DNA of 64,000 nt from Podarcis tiliguerta (taxonomy: Eukaryota), in the NCBI GenBank assembly GCA_965153285.1, contig OZ229116.1; one strand, 5' to 3'. The notes beneath the pieces are model-generated. The model was not told the DNA's origin. It ran no database searches and was given only the letters and a program-made list of their open reading frames with translations. Made by a program: the position numbers and the translations under genes. Shown here piece after piece: positions 12,690-24,445 of this stretch; the first letter of the stretch is position 1, and each line of letters starts with the position of its first letter.

Positions 12690-12815
12690 TAGTGGTATGG
12701 TGCCTTCCAGGGGTTATTGGACTACACCTCCCATGATCCCTGGCCATACTGGCTGTGGATGGTGAGAGCTGGAGTCCAACCATATATGGAAAATATCATA
12801 TTGGCTATCTTCTGC
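12690..12815. mobile_element. Degenerate hAT-type MITE
   Basis: The interior TTGGACTACACCTCCCATGATCCCT...GAGCTGGAGTCCAA matches the core of the MITEs at 27956 and 28394. Confidence 0.55.
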
Positions 12816-13773
12816 ATGTCAACTTGTGAATTTCCTGCATGCCTAATCAGGAAGCACTGGGAACAATGTTGTGATTGGTGGTTGGGAGACGAATTTCTTA
12901 GGAACTCTGTGATGCTATTTTGTCAATTCTTTGTTCCTACTGCCATTAATTGTGTATTTTCCTCCTAGGAGTGGAGGGATCCCAGCTACTTATGCCATTA
13001 TAATCTCCATGGTAGTGACAGCCATGTTAACTGGACTATTAGGATTTTCCTGTTAAATCTAGTTTTGTCATTTTGAGGCAGTTATATTTTCTTCATTTTG
13101 AGGACAGTTAGTTTCTTAATTGTGAAACTTCTAATTTCAGGAAAGGATACTTTCTCCCCTCCTTCCCCGTTGCCCTTTTAACTGAATGCCATGCTATCTT
13201 GGAGTACTGTGTCAGGGCTGTCAAAAACAAAGGTCACACTTTTTAGACTTGAATTCCCAGAATGGGCACATTATTTACGCCACAGCTGTGAAACGACTCG
13301 CTTTGGAGTAGTTCCATTTAAAGCCTACAGTCCTATTGAAATCAGCAAGCACTGGAACTAAGCAACAGCTACATGTTTCAGAATAATGGATCTCAAGGCT
13401 GCAGTCTTGTTAAAAGTATTACGTTTTTCAAAGAGAGTCAAAATTTGCCTCTCTCATTGATGAGCATCCTGTGCTAATAGGAGAGACTTGTATGTACATA
13501 CCGATAGACTTTCTGTTCCATAGTGGCTGTGCAACTGTCCTCTTAAGAACCAGATAATCCTTCCTTAGATGTTTAGACATTATTGGTATGGCCATGTTTT
13601 GCTTTGAGAATGTTACCAAAATAATTAGCTAACAATGTCCCTATAGCCTTTTAAAACAATAAGTTGTATTCAACAAGTTATTAGTTGCATTAGAATAAAT
13701 TTCTACGTGTTTTTATGTACATAGGAAACTAATAACCATCCATTCTTTTTCTCCCTTTCTCTCTTTTTTTTAG

Positions 13774-13840
13774 ATAGCCATACAGCAGATGAGCTAAATC
13801 GTTTTATTTAGAATTGTACTCTACACAATCTTCATTAAGA
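13774..13840 (+). other. ZNF407: 5'UTR portion of the first coding exon (after splice acceptor)
   Basis: A long polypyrimidine tract (13743-13771) ends in TAG at 13771-13773, with branch-like CTAAT/TAAC at ~13729-13736. This implies an upstream non-coding exon, not identified in the window. Confidence 0.75.
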
Positions 13841-16800
13841 ATGGATGTTGAAAAAAATCAGAAGAACGATGAAGGTGATGAGAATGTACAAAATGAATTA
13901 GTAGAAGAAGCTGCTAGAAACGTGTTAGCTGAAAAAGCTCACAGCGACTCTTTCTCTACCTCAAAAATAGACACATTTTCAGCTGAAGGACAGAAAAACC
14001 CAGGGGAAAAACATGAAGAGTGCGCCACAGCCAAACGACCATTATCCAAATCAGCAGTTGAAGACTGTATGGCAACAAACATAGTTGAAAATGAACCTGT
14101 CTCAAAAAGATTAAAGCTTACTGTTGTACAACATGCTGAAGAGAATGAAGGCAAACTATCGAATGCCACAACGTGTGAAGGTAGTGTTGATGGGACAAGT
14201 AATACAACAGATGAAACTATAAAAGACGAAGCTATAAGTGCCTGTCAAAGTAGTGATGCTTTATGCGTGCAGCATGATTTCAAGTCTGAGGAGAATAGTA
14301 CACAGGAAATACATGTGGAAAATGAGCATACCCAAGTTGACCAAACACCCCTTCCAGAATGCACATCTTCTTTTCAAAACGATGAAGCCAGTGTTAGCTG
14401 TGCAACCAGCAGTGTTGAAAACATTTCTAAGTGCAAACCTCATGAGGAGACTTTGTCTACTTACCCAGATTTAGAAAAGCATATTCAAGAAAGCCACCTT
14501 CAGCATTCCGAACAACAGGTGAACCTACATTGTACTGATAAATCGGAATGCACTCCATCTTTACAAACACATAGCAAGCCAACCGCTGGGCAGTTTAGAT
14601 TGTATTTTTGCAATCTCTGTGGTTTTCAGTCTTTTGAGAAAGATCTTCTACAAGCTCATTTCCTTGGCAAGACGCACCTCCGCCGGCAAAATCTTGCTGC
14701 CCGGGGAGGATTTGTCAAGATACTAACGAAAAAGCCATTTCATAAAAAACAGCAGTACCTAGTCAAGGAAAAGAATGTGCAAGCAAAATCTGCACTTAAT
14801 AAACCAAAAATAAGGAATGCAGGTTCAAATCCACTAAAAACTTCAAGCAATAAGCTGAAGAAGTTTAAAACATGCCACCAACTTTTTGTTGAAATGGTGT
14901 CATCAAAAAATATTTCTGCAGAAACCACAGAGAACACTACCAATGAAGAAGTGCTTTTCTCCAGTGTGGGTGGAAATGGTGATGCCCATTCTGAAAAGCT
15001 AGAAGTGTCAGGGCCCTCCAAATGTAATCCAGATGTATCAGAACCTGCTGAAGGTAGTCAAGAGACAATTAGCAGTTCAAACACCACAGGAATACTTGAT
15101 AGATTTCCCCATAACAGAAATATCTTCTCCCGAAGAATAACTTTCAAGCAAAGTGGTTCTTTCAGATTAAACCAGCAAATTAAAAAACGCTATAATCTTT
15201 TGGGAATAGGTAAGAGAAACAGGCCTGACTCCACCTTAAAGCACAACATCAGGACAGACTTCAGTCAAGGCGATACATCGCAGGTGCACCTAAAAGTTTT
15301 AGAAACTGAAGAGGATTTGTGCAAAGCTGACACAGGAACACTATCACTTGATCCAGATGGAGCCAATGCGTCCTCTTCTATCACCTTGGAACTTGATAAT
15401 TCTCCAAAGAAAGCTGTTGAGGCCCAGAAGGGTCTACATCCTTGTACTCATTGTGGATGTACTTTGCCAAACACAGGTTTGGAATTGGATGTTGACAGAG
15501 ATAAAGCAGAAGAGCTGAAATTTCAGTGTCAGACATGTGGCTATTCTTGTGGAACCAAGGAAGACTTTCAACTGCACCACCAAAAAAACAACCATTGCAC
15601 GGGTGATTCCAAGATAAATTGCCCTCAGTGTTCGTTTTTTGCCCTGAATGAGGTAAGCTTTGGGGAGCACATGCGTGATGAGCATGGCATGTCCCACTGC
15701 TGTGTTACCTGCCATTTGTATTTTCTAAATGAAGAAGAAGTAGCAGTTCATAACACAACTGAACAACATAGAAGTTTATCAGCTCAAGGAAATACGGTTC
15801 GCCCACTTAGCAATGCGACTCAGGAAACAGCATCTTGCATTTTAGTGGAGACAAGTGTTCTTCCAAAGGTTGCAGAAGAAATGCCCAAGCCCTTGGTGAT
15901 ACATCCTGCTAATGAGCTCAAGGAGTCTGTCCTGAGCAGAACTCAGTTTCAGTGTAAAAAATGTTTTTATAAAACAAGGTCTTCCTCAGTTCTTACCAGG
16001 CACATAAAACTTCGGCATGCTCAGGAATATCATTTCCTTTGCAAAGCATGCAACCTCTACTCATTAAGCAAAGAAGGAATGGAAAAACACATCAAGAGAA
16101 GTAAACACCTTGAAAATGCCAGAAAAAATAATATTGGCTTACGCTTTGAGGAATGTATTGAAAGGGTATGTGTAGGTGGAAGTGATGGTAAAAAAGCAAC
16201 AGAGCCTTCTGCTTATGGCAGTTTAAAGACTGTATCGGAAAATGAAAACGTGCCGTTACCCTTCTGTACATTGGAGAATGTATCGATAAACAAGGAACTG
16301 TTTCCATCGGGTGAAATGCTGAAATGCAGTGAGCTGGTTCTAGGTAGCGGGCAAAAGAGAGGAAGGCCGAAAGGCACCATTTCTCGGACATGCCCTCATT
16401 GTGGCTTATTGGCTTCCAGTGTTACAAACCTGACGGTTCACATTCGACGAAAGCATAGCCACCAGTACAGCTATTTATGTAAAGTATGCAATTACTATAC
16501 TGTAACGAAAGGTGATATGGAACGTCATTGTGCTACAAAGAAGCATAAAGGCCGTTTGGAAGCCAATGGGAAGCAAAACATAGAGATTATAGTGTGCCCA
16601 GAGGGAGGTAATGTTGAAGCCAGTAGCAAGAAGATAAATAGTCCAGGAGGCATGAATGAACTTGTTGACCATGGCAGTTCACCCTTGGACAATGGTGCTT
16701 TGGAAAGCCAGGGAAATGATCAGGGCAATGCTATACAAGTACAAGGTGAAAATGTGCCTCAGCTTTCTGAACTGGGTAGAGACCAGAACCCTTCAGAAAT

Positions 16801-18542
16801 AAAGCAGCATATAATTGCAGAACTAGGTAACGTTAGCCAAGCTAGGGACTCGTTGGCTCAAACAAGATCGTTAAACACAAATGATAACAAGTGTGCTCAT
16901 TGCAGCTTTGTTGCACATTCATTTTCTTCTCTGGAAGTACATATCAAACGCAAGCACACTAAAGAATTTGAATACTATTGCATGGCCTGCGACTATTACG
17001 CGGTTACTCGCCGAGAGATGATTAGGCATGCAGCAACAGAGAAGCATAAAATAAAAAGGCAATCTTATGTATGCAACACCTCTGGAGAAGAGACAGATGT
17101 GGCCGATACTGGCAGGGAGCAGCAACCCACAGATGAAATTCAGATCATCCTGGATGGAACAAAATACCAAAACACCGTTGAGGAGAGATGTCTGGATGTG
17201 CAGGTCACTCAGAAAGTGAAGAAAGCCCTTAATTATTTGGTTTCGGAAGATGGTGCCCCTTCAGATGTTCCCAAAGAAGGTTATGTTGCCGATACTGTAG
17301 ATGTTGAGACAAATGATGGAGTTGACCAAGGCAGGGAAGAGGGAGCCAATGAAGAAGATGTTCCAAAAGCTGTAGTTGAGGTTCATGAGGTGTTCACACC
17401 TAAAGAAACAGTTCATTGTGTCCTGCAGGAAAATGTGGAAGATCAAAGAACAGTCACGTCAAATTTTAATTTTACCATAGAAACTGGAAGTAAAAACTTA
17501 GCTGTTAGCAAAGATTCTCCAGATATGAATTTGATCTCAAATAAGATGGAGGAAGACTCTGAAGGAGAACTTCAGAGTATTGCAGTAGCTGCTGAAGAAG
17601 TGAAAAATGAAGAAATTCAGTTGCCCATCATTTCAGAAACATGTTGCACACTAGAGCAACAAACTATTGATGAAAATATTGAAGGAACTATGAAAACTAT
17701 ACATAATTTACAGGAACAGAAAATGACCCAGCAGAGTTCTTCTATAGAGGAAGAAGGAACTCTGACAGCTGAACAACATGAGGTCGAAGTATCATTAAAC
17801 AATATTTGGGGTTCAGAGGTCTCAATAGTTGAAAGCGTTCAAGAAAGTAATGAGGCATCGGATGCTTTTGCCGGTGCTGAGGGCAGAGTGAAGGAGGAGA
17901 TAGCAGTGCAAAATTGTGGCCAGTTTGATTCCTCTATAGTAAAATTAAAAAGCCATGAAGATGGTTGTGAGCCAATTGATCACATTGCTGATGGACAGAA
18001 CCTGAGTGGGCTGAGAGCTTTGAAAGTGGATGTCCCACAAAGTGGTGGAAAGAAGAAGAAAGCAGAAGGGCAGCCGCTTGGGGAATCAACACGCATTCGC
18101 TGCGATGACTGTGGCTTTTTAGCAGACGGCTTGAGCGGCCTGAATGTTCACATAGCTATGAAACATCCTTCAAAAGAGAAACATTTCCATTGTTTACTGT
18201 GTGGAAAGTCGTTTTATACCGAAAGTAACCTGCACCAGCATTTAGCTAGTGCGGGCCACATGAGAAATGAACAAGCAAGTGTCGAAGAACTGCCGGAAGG
18301 GGGCGCCACCTTTAAATGTGTTAAGTGCACAGAGCCTTTTGATTCGGAGCAAAATTTATTTCTTCATATTAAAGAACAACATGAAGAGCTGCTCCGGGAA
18401 GTCAACAAATACATTGTTGAAGATACGGAGCAAATCAACCGAGAGAGAGAAGAAAATAAAGGCAATATTTGCAAATACTGCGGGAAGATGTGCAGAAGTA
18501 GCAATTCCATGGCCTTTCTGGCTCACATACGAACCCATACAG
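13841..18542 (+). CDS. ZNF407: Zinc finger protein 407, giant first coding exon (1567 codons + 1 nt; ~14 intact C2H2/matrin-like fingers, AT-hook-like KRGRPK)
   Basis: The 1593-aa ORF contains motifs recognised from vertebrate ZNF407: LGKTHLRRQNLAARGGFV, FQCKKCFYKTRSS, CMACDYYAVTRREM, RIRCDDCGFLADGLSGLNVHIAMKH and CGKMCRSSNSMAFLAHIRTHTG. The track start at 13814 is a TTG. The first ATG is 13841, in strong Kozak context (agaATGG), with an in-frame TGA at 13790. The donor is ACAG|GTATGT at 18542/18543 (phase 1). Confidence 0.97.
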
Positions 18543-20278
18543 GTATGTATCAACAAATGGTGCAGGTAGTGCTTTGCAAATGGAAGTTGAGTTAAGGCCT
18601 TGCTACTTCTTGCTGCCGTTATTTTTTAAATCATGAATTACTCCAGAGTTTCAAATTTATATTAATCCCATGTACACTGCTTGATTTCAGGAGTACTCTT
18701 TAGTAGCCAAGGAGCACGAATTTAAACACAATTTCTTGAAAGTTCTTGAGTGTGATCTTCTCTTTGTCACTACATTTCTTACAGATTATATCCCCTAGAC
18801 TCATTATAATTCATTAATCAGATCCCAGCTTATTATCTGAATATGATTTGGAGAACATTTACCTTTCAAATAACTGTTTGCCTAATCTAGAGTTGCTTGC
18901 AAACTTGTTTTTTAAAAAAATAAAAATGGCCTCCATCTATACCTTCCCCCTCCTTCATTTCTCTAGACAGTTCTGATTAGTGTTGTGACAGTCAAACCAT
19001 AAGGGAAAGCACTACCTAAGTGCTACTGATATGTTGTGGTGTGGAGAATGAGCCATCTGATCTGGCAGTACTGCAGGGGTAGGGAACCTCGGACCCAGGG
19101 ACCCAGTGTGTTTTGGCTACAGTCTTGCTAACACACACTTGTTGAATTTATGATTAAAATTAGTGATGGGAAATTCACTCCTACAGGATGGGAGGTGATG
19201 ACCCTTTATGGCTCTTCCTTTGCCCAAAGCAGCAACCAGTTGACAACTTGCTGGCAATGCTAGCCTAATGCTTAAAATAGTTTACTTTACCTGGTTTGGA
19301 TTCAGAAACCACCATTCACATTTAATGGTTGAATGGCGGGTATTTGTTGCTGCATTGCTGTGTAGAGAATGTTGATTTTTGAAAAGAAGCATGTAAGGTT
19401 ATCATGGGATTGCAGTTTGGCCATCATTTTAGAAGGCAGTAGTAGAGGCAACACAACACCTGTGAAATTTGGGCCTGGTGATTTAGACTCTGTGCTGTGC
19501 CACATGTTCCATTCTCTTTTTATGTTTTATATTAAGTGGAAAAATTTAAAACAACACTTTTGTCGAAAATGCATAAGCTGCAGTTCTAAATTTATGTAAA
19601 AATTCACTGCTATGTTTCTATAAACCTGCCATACATTCTTTATTTTAAATAGACAGCTTTTCTAAATCACTGAGCTCTGCTTAGACAAGTGGTGTCTCTC
19701 TGGGTTGAATTTATGAGTGGATTTGAATAATAAATTCACATTTCAATGAACATATTTTCATTAAAACTGTAAGGTTTATTTTACTGTACTTTTAAATAAT
19801 GGCTTATTATAGAAGCTATAGTTTAAATTCATGCAGTGGTTGAAACTTAGTGCTCAGTTACTAGAAAGAAAATGAAAAGGTAAGAGATGCAAAATATTAT
19901 AAAAGAATATTAATATTCTTTGGTGTAATCCTGAAATAGTTTTTGTTTCCATAGAAGAAAGCAAAGCTGAGGCTGAGCTATGTACTTAAGATTCAGTTGC
20001 AGAAAGCTGGCATCTTCAGGTGTCTTCTTGTAACTAAAGTATTAATTCTTGCAAACCATCAGTATCATCAGCTTAGGAATCCCAGCCTTCTTTTAGCAAG
20101 CCAATTCTATACTTGTGTGGATCGTTTCAGGAAATGTTTTTTTTTAAAAAAAATTGAATTTGGTGATGAGTTTTTCAATGGCACAGACTGTTCACATGGT
20201 CAGAACAGTTTTTATAAGCCCTTTATATGCCCTCTTAAGGCAGATAAAATGGAATAAAACTACAGGGAAGATGCTAAT

Positions 20279-20706
20279 NNNNNNNNNNNNNNNNNNNNNN
20301 NNNNNNNNNNNNNNNNNNNNNNNNNNNNNNNNNNNNNNNNNNNNNNNNNNNNNNNNNNNNNNNNNNNNNNNNNNNNNNNNNNNNNNNNNNNNNNNNNNNN
20401 NNNNNNNNNNNNNNNNNNNNNNNNNNNNNNNNNNNNNNNNNNNNNNNNNNNNNNNNNNNNNNNNNNNNNNNNNNNNNNNNNNNNNNNNNNNNNNNNNNNN
20501 NNNNNNNNNNNNNNNNNNNNNNNNNNNNNNNNNNNNNNNNNNNNNNNNNNNNNNNNNNNNNNNNNNNNNNNNNNNNNNNNNNNNNNNNNNNNNNNNNNNN
20601 NNNNNNNNNNNNNNNNNNNNNNNNNNNNNNNNNNNNNNNNNNNNNNNNNNNNNNNNNNNNNNNNNNNNNNNNNNNNNNNNNNNNNNNNNNNNNNNNNNNN
20701 NNNNNN
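20279..20706. other. Assembly gap / N-run
   Basis: Run of N. Confidence 1.
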
Positions 20707-21290
20707 CCCTACTTACATAAGTTACATCATTGATTGTAACATTTAGTAAAAGTTAGCACACTTTTTAACATCTTGTGCATGTCTTATCAATGAGTGTATT
20801 TTTATTCTCCTTTGCATTAGATGTGAATGTGCCGCAAAGGAACCTTTTTTTGGGTGACAACACATATCTACCATTTCATTTTGCAAATAATTTTTGGGGA
20901 GGAAGAGTTACGGAAGAGGTTTTAATCTATTCTCTTTCTCACTGCACCTTTAAAATGAATTGCTTTTCTGATAACTTTGCTTATGCACATAAAATAGTAA
21001 TGCTGGTATTTTTATTAATAGTTAACTGGAAGAGGTTTTTCCTCCTCCAATTCCTGGTTTCTTCCCCTTCTTCATATTTTCTGATTTACTGAATGTTTTA
21101 TGCAATGTTTCTTCCCATCTTCGGCACAATAAAAGCAGTTCTATAAAGAAATAAATGGGTTTTGGACGCCAAGATTGAGAGGCCAAGGAAGAGCACCACA
21201 ATGTATGCTCCTGCAGGCGGAGGGGAAGGAGCTAACCAACAGCAGAAGCAGATGCTGGGTTCATCTGCATTTAGTATAACAGCTTCACAG

Positions 21291-21464
21291 TGCAATCCAA
21301 TATGTCTACGTATAAGTATGACCCATTGAATTCAGTGGGCCATACTTTCAGGCAGGTGATTATGGGTTTGCAGCTTTGCGAAGCCACCATCCTACATATG
21401 TCTTCTCAGAGGTGAAGCCCATTGAGTTCAATGGGGCACACCTAGGTAAGCATGTGTAGGATTG
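21291..21464. mobile_element. Two tandem ~80-bp palindromic mini-elements
   Basis: Copy 1 core AAGTATGACCCATTGAA|TTCAGTGGGCCATACTT (21314-21347). Copy 2 core CCCATTGAGTTCAATGGG (21418-21435), with ATCCTACAT...ATGTGTAGGAT ends. Confidence 0.6.
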
Positions 21465-22494
21465 CTTCTTTACATGCCATTATTTGAAGTGTTTCTCTCT
21501 CAAAATCTCCCCTCCCCCTCGCCAATAACTAGTGATTCCAAATAGTGGGAAATAAAGAGAGTTTCCTTTCCCTGATTCCAAAGCTTCTCACGTAGCAAAG
21601 GGGGAGGTTATACAATGTAGTGGATAACAAGCAAGTCCATCACACTTTGACAAGTGAAAATGAGGAAGTGTCAAGAAAAACAACAGAAAGGTTAGAGGTA
21701 GAGGACTTTTCAACTTCCAATTTAGATGGGGCTTGCATGCCTAATTAGCAGCCTGAATTCTGAAAATATATATTCACCTATCTCTGTGCTTTCCTTGCTT
21801 ATGATTTCAGTGGGAGTCACAAATGTTAGGGTTAATCATGTGCTTGGCAGAGATACTAATGTGCTCAAGACTCAGTGTTCCAATATTCATGTGCTTAAAT
21901 GCTTAAACCACTGTGTGTGTTTTTTGGTGGGTTTTTTGGCATTCTGGTAGTTGTACAGGACTATTGGAGACCTGAGAAATCTCTTGTTATGAAGATCTCT
22001 TCTGAATGATCACCAAACGAATTTCAAAATATTAATGCAATATTACTGTTATTTTGTAATTTCCCAGAACATTTCAGTTTTACCATACAGTGGGGATGTG
22101 TTGAGGGGGAAGAAAGACGTTGCAGGGAAACTGGTAGCAAACATTGATTTAATAATCTGTGACACTGAATTGTAAGTGGCATTCAGAGTTAATGCTTATT
22201 TAAAAATCTAAGCAGGGTTTCGATGGAGACTTAACTAGTGCGGTATACTTAAACACACTAAGAAACATTGAGAAATGAGGGACGAAAATGCTTACGTGGG
22301 CCATACCTACCTTTTATACTCTCTGTACTCCAGGCTACATAGAACAGCCATTCAGCTGAGACTTCAACTGTTCTTAAAACATTCCCTTAATCCCTTTATT
22401 TAGGGATCCTTCTTGCATTAATTTCAGTGGTGTGGGAGCAGCTTCAACATGGTGAGATTTCCCTTGCCTATGAAAACATCTGTACTTACAAACA

Positions 22495-22616
22495 CATGGG
22501 TGAAGCCGGTCTTGTGGATCTTTTCCCACCAGTTGTTGCCCAGATAGGACAGTATCAGCTGGCTGATGGAAGTTTCAGTCCAGCAACATCTGAAGGATCA
22601 TAGCTGCCCTACCCTG
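22495..22616. mobile_element. Degenerate hAT-type MITE
   Basis: The 3' half GCTGATGGAAGTTTCAGTCCAGCAACATCTGAAGG...CTACCCTG resembles 28478-28531. Confidence 0.45.
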
Positions 22617-23172
22617 GCTGTACAGAGACAACTGTCTGACAACGATCAAAGCAGAAAGGGATCTTGCTATGGGGAAATTGTTTCCATGTTGCTGACATGA
22701 TGCAAAAAGGGATCCTTAATCTCTGGGTTGGCTAATCTATCTCTGCTGCTCAGTGGTGCTAGGACAGTGGTTCTGAGATGAGAGCTGTATGAAGTAATTT
22801 GTCTTCATCAAGATCTGGACTTCACTCTTCCATTTCCATCTCCCTTTTCATAAGCTTTAAGTAGCACCATTGATTCTGAAGATAATTTACAGCTAAAGAC
22901 CTTTGCAGAATTATGATCGAATAGCAACAAAATGTAGTCTTCCTGGACTACAAAATTATGACAGCAGATGAAATTATTATTAAATATTGTTATTATTCAG
23001 TTTGTAGCCCCATTTATATGCTATAAGCAACTGCACTTTGGGTGAAGCCAACAAGGTTTTGGATTGTGAATATGTGCCCTAAATGGGAATCGTCTCTTTT
23101 AAAATAAGGGCCACATCAGATATTGAAACTTTGTTCATTCTGTGGGAAAAAGTGAGAGGTCTTAAAGCTATA

Positions 23173-23380
23173 CAGTGGTACCTCGGGTTACAGACTCCAC
23201 TAACCCAGATAATACCTCGGGTTAATAACTTTGCTTCAGGATGAGAAGAGAAATTGTGCCGCGGTGGCGCGGCAGCAGCAGGAGGCCCCATTAGCTAAAG
23301 TGGTGCTTCAGGTTAAGAACAGTTTCAGGTTAAGAACGGACCTCCGGAACGAATTAAGTATGTAACCAGAGGTACCACTG
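23173..23380. mobile_element. Tc1/pogo(Tigger)-like MITE, 208 bp
   Basis: TIR CAGTGGTACCTCGGGTTACA / TGTAACCAGAGGTACCACTG (1 mismatch in 20), with TA on both sides. Confidence 0.9.
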
Positions 23381-23839
23381 TAGATAGTAAATGGCATAGT
23401 AGTCATGGAAAAGTCAAAACTGGGGAGATGTGTGCTTCACTGTGTTTACTTCGGTTGTTTGTGCGTTTAGTTTTTCAGTTGCTCAAACTTTTAAAAGGAA
23501 AGATAGAACTGAAGCCATTTTGTAATAACTCTTCTCAAAGGTGGGCTATAAAATAAGTGTGATCCTTTAACGAAAATGTTATGTTTGTAATTCAGCTGGG
23601 ATTTGAGTTTTAGCAGTTATTAGCTGGAAATTCCATTAAGAGAAATGGTAACTCCCAATTTGTAGAACTTACTTACCATCCATTTATTTGCTAATCGGTT
23701 ATTTGCTGGTCTAATGTGATGCCTGTTTACAGTGTAAATAAAACAAAAGTGTAAGGGAAAGGAAGAACTTGGGAAGAAGGAAGCATAGAACATTTTGGCT
23801 GCCATGGATTTGGCAAGGCTTTGTGGAGAAAGTTGATTT

Positions 23840-24330
23840 TGCTCAGGGACTTGAGATGGAGTTTTAGTCTGGATGTCATGAAAATGGGAGCAGGGAAGGA
23901 GTAAATGAGCACACCGTAGATGAGCTTGCACAAATGAACAGACAAACTTGAGGCAATGAATGAGGGAAGGCGGCCAAAAGGAGGGTGTTGTGAAAATGAT
24001 AGTGATGCAGTGAGGATGCAGGAGAAGAAGGGTCATTATCGATCTGATTTTTTAAAAAACCAACAACCCAACTCTTCAGCCAAAAAAGACTCACAGAGTG
24101 GTTTACAGATTGATGAAAACAAGACAGTCCTTACCCCTGCAGCTTGCAGTATAAAAAGACATGACCCTAAAGAAAAATGGATTGAGATGGAGGGGGAAAT
24201 AAGCAAACTCAGGTACCAGTTCTTAGTCACCAGTTGTTCTAAGAAGCAGCTGGGATGGAAACACTGAGGAGAAGAGGAGCTGAAAGGTACCAGTCTCTCC
24301 ACTGCACAGATGGGAATGTACCTGTATCCC
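23840..24330 (-). mobile_element. Ancient L2-like LINE remnant
   Basis: Purine-rich on the + strand. Minus-strand peptides such as HYHFHNTLLLAAFP weakly resemble the L2 ORF2 C-terminal motif (LDYCNSLLAGLP). Highly degraded. Confidence 0.35.
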
Positions 24331-24445
24331 TTCTCTCTCCTTCTCTTCTGTTGCCCTGAGGCAACAGCTAATGGAGGGAGGAGCCTGGCTTCTCAAGAAC
24401 TGGTGGCGGCTCAGGATCACTTATTTTCTGCTAAAAACTGAAATA

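Noticed and set aside
1-13770. ZNF407 promoter / first exon
   Set aside because: No CpG island. The CpG-rich patches here are a SINE and a MITE.
13814-13840. ORF-track N-terminus MYSTQSSLR
   Set aside because: It begins at TTG. The first ATG (13841) has a strong Kozak context and matches the expected ZNF407 N-terminus.
13939-18569. Short ORFs overlapping or antisense to the ZNF407 exon
   Set aside because: Expected shadows of a long coding exon, with no independent motifs.
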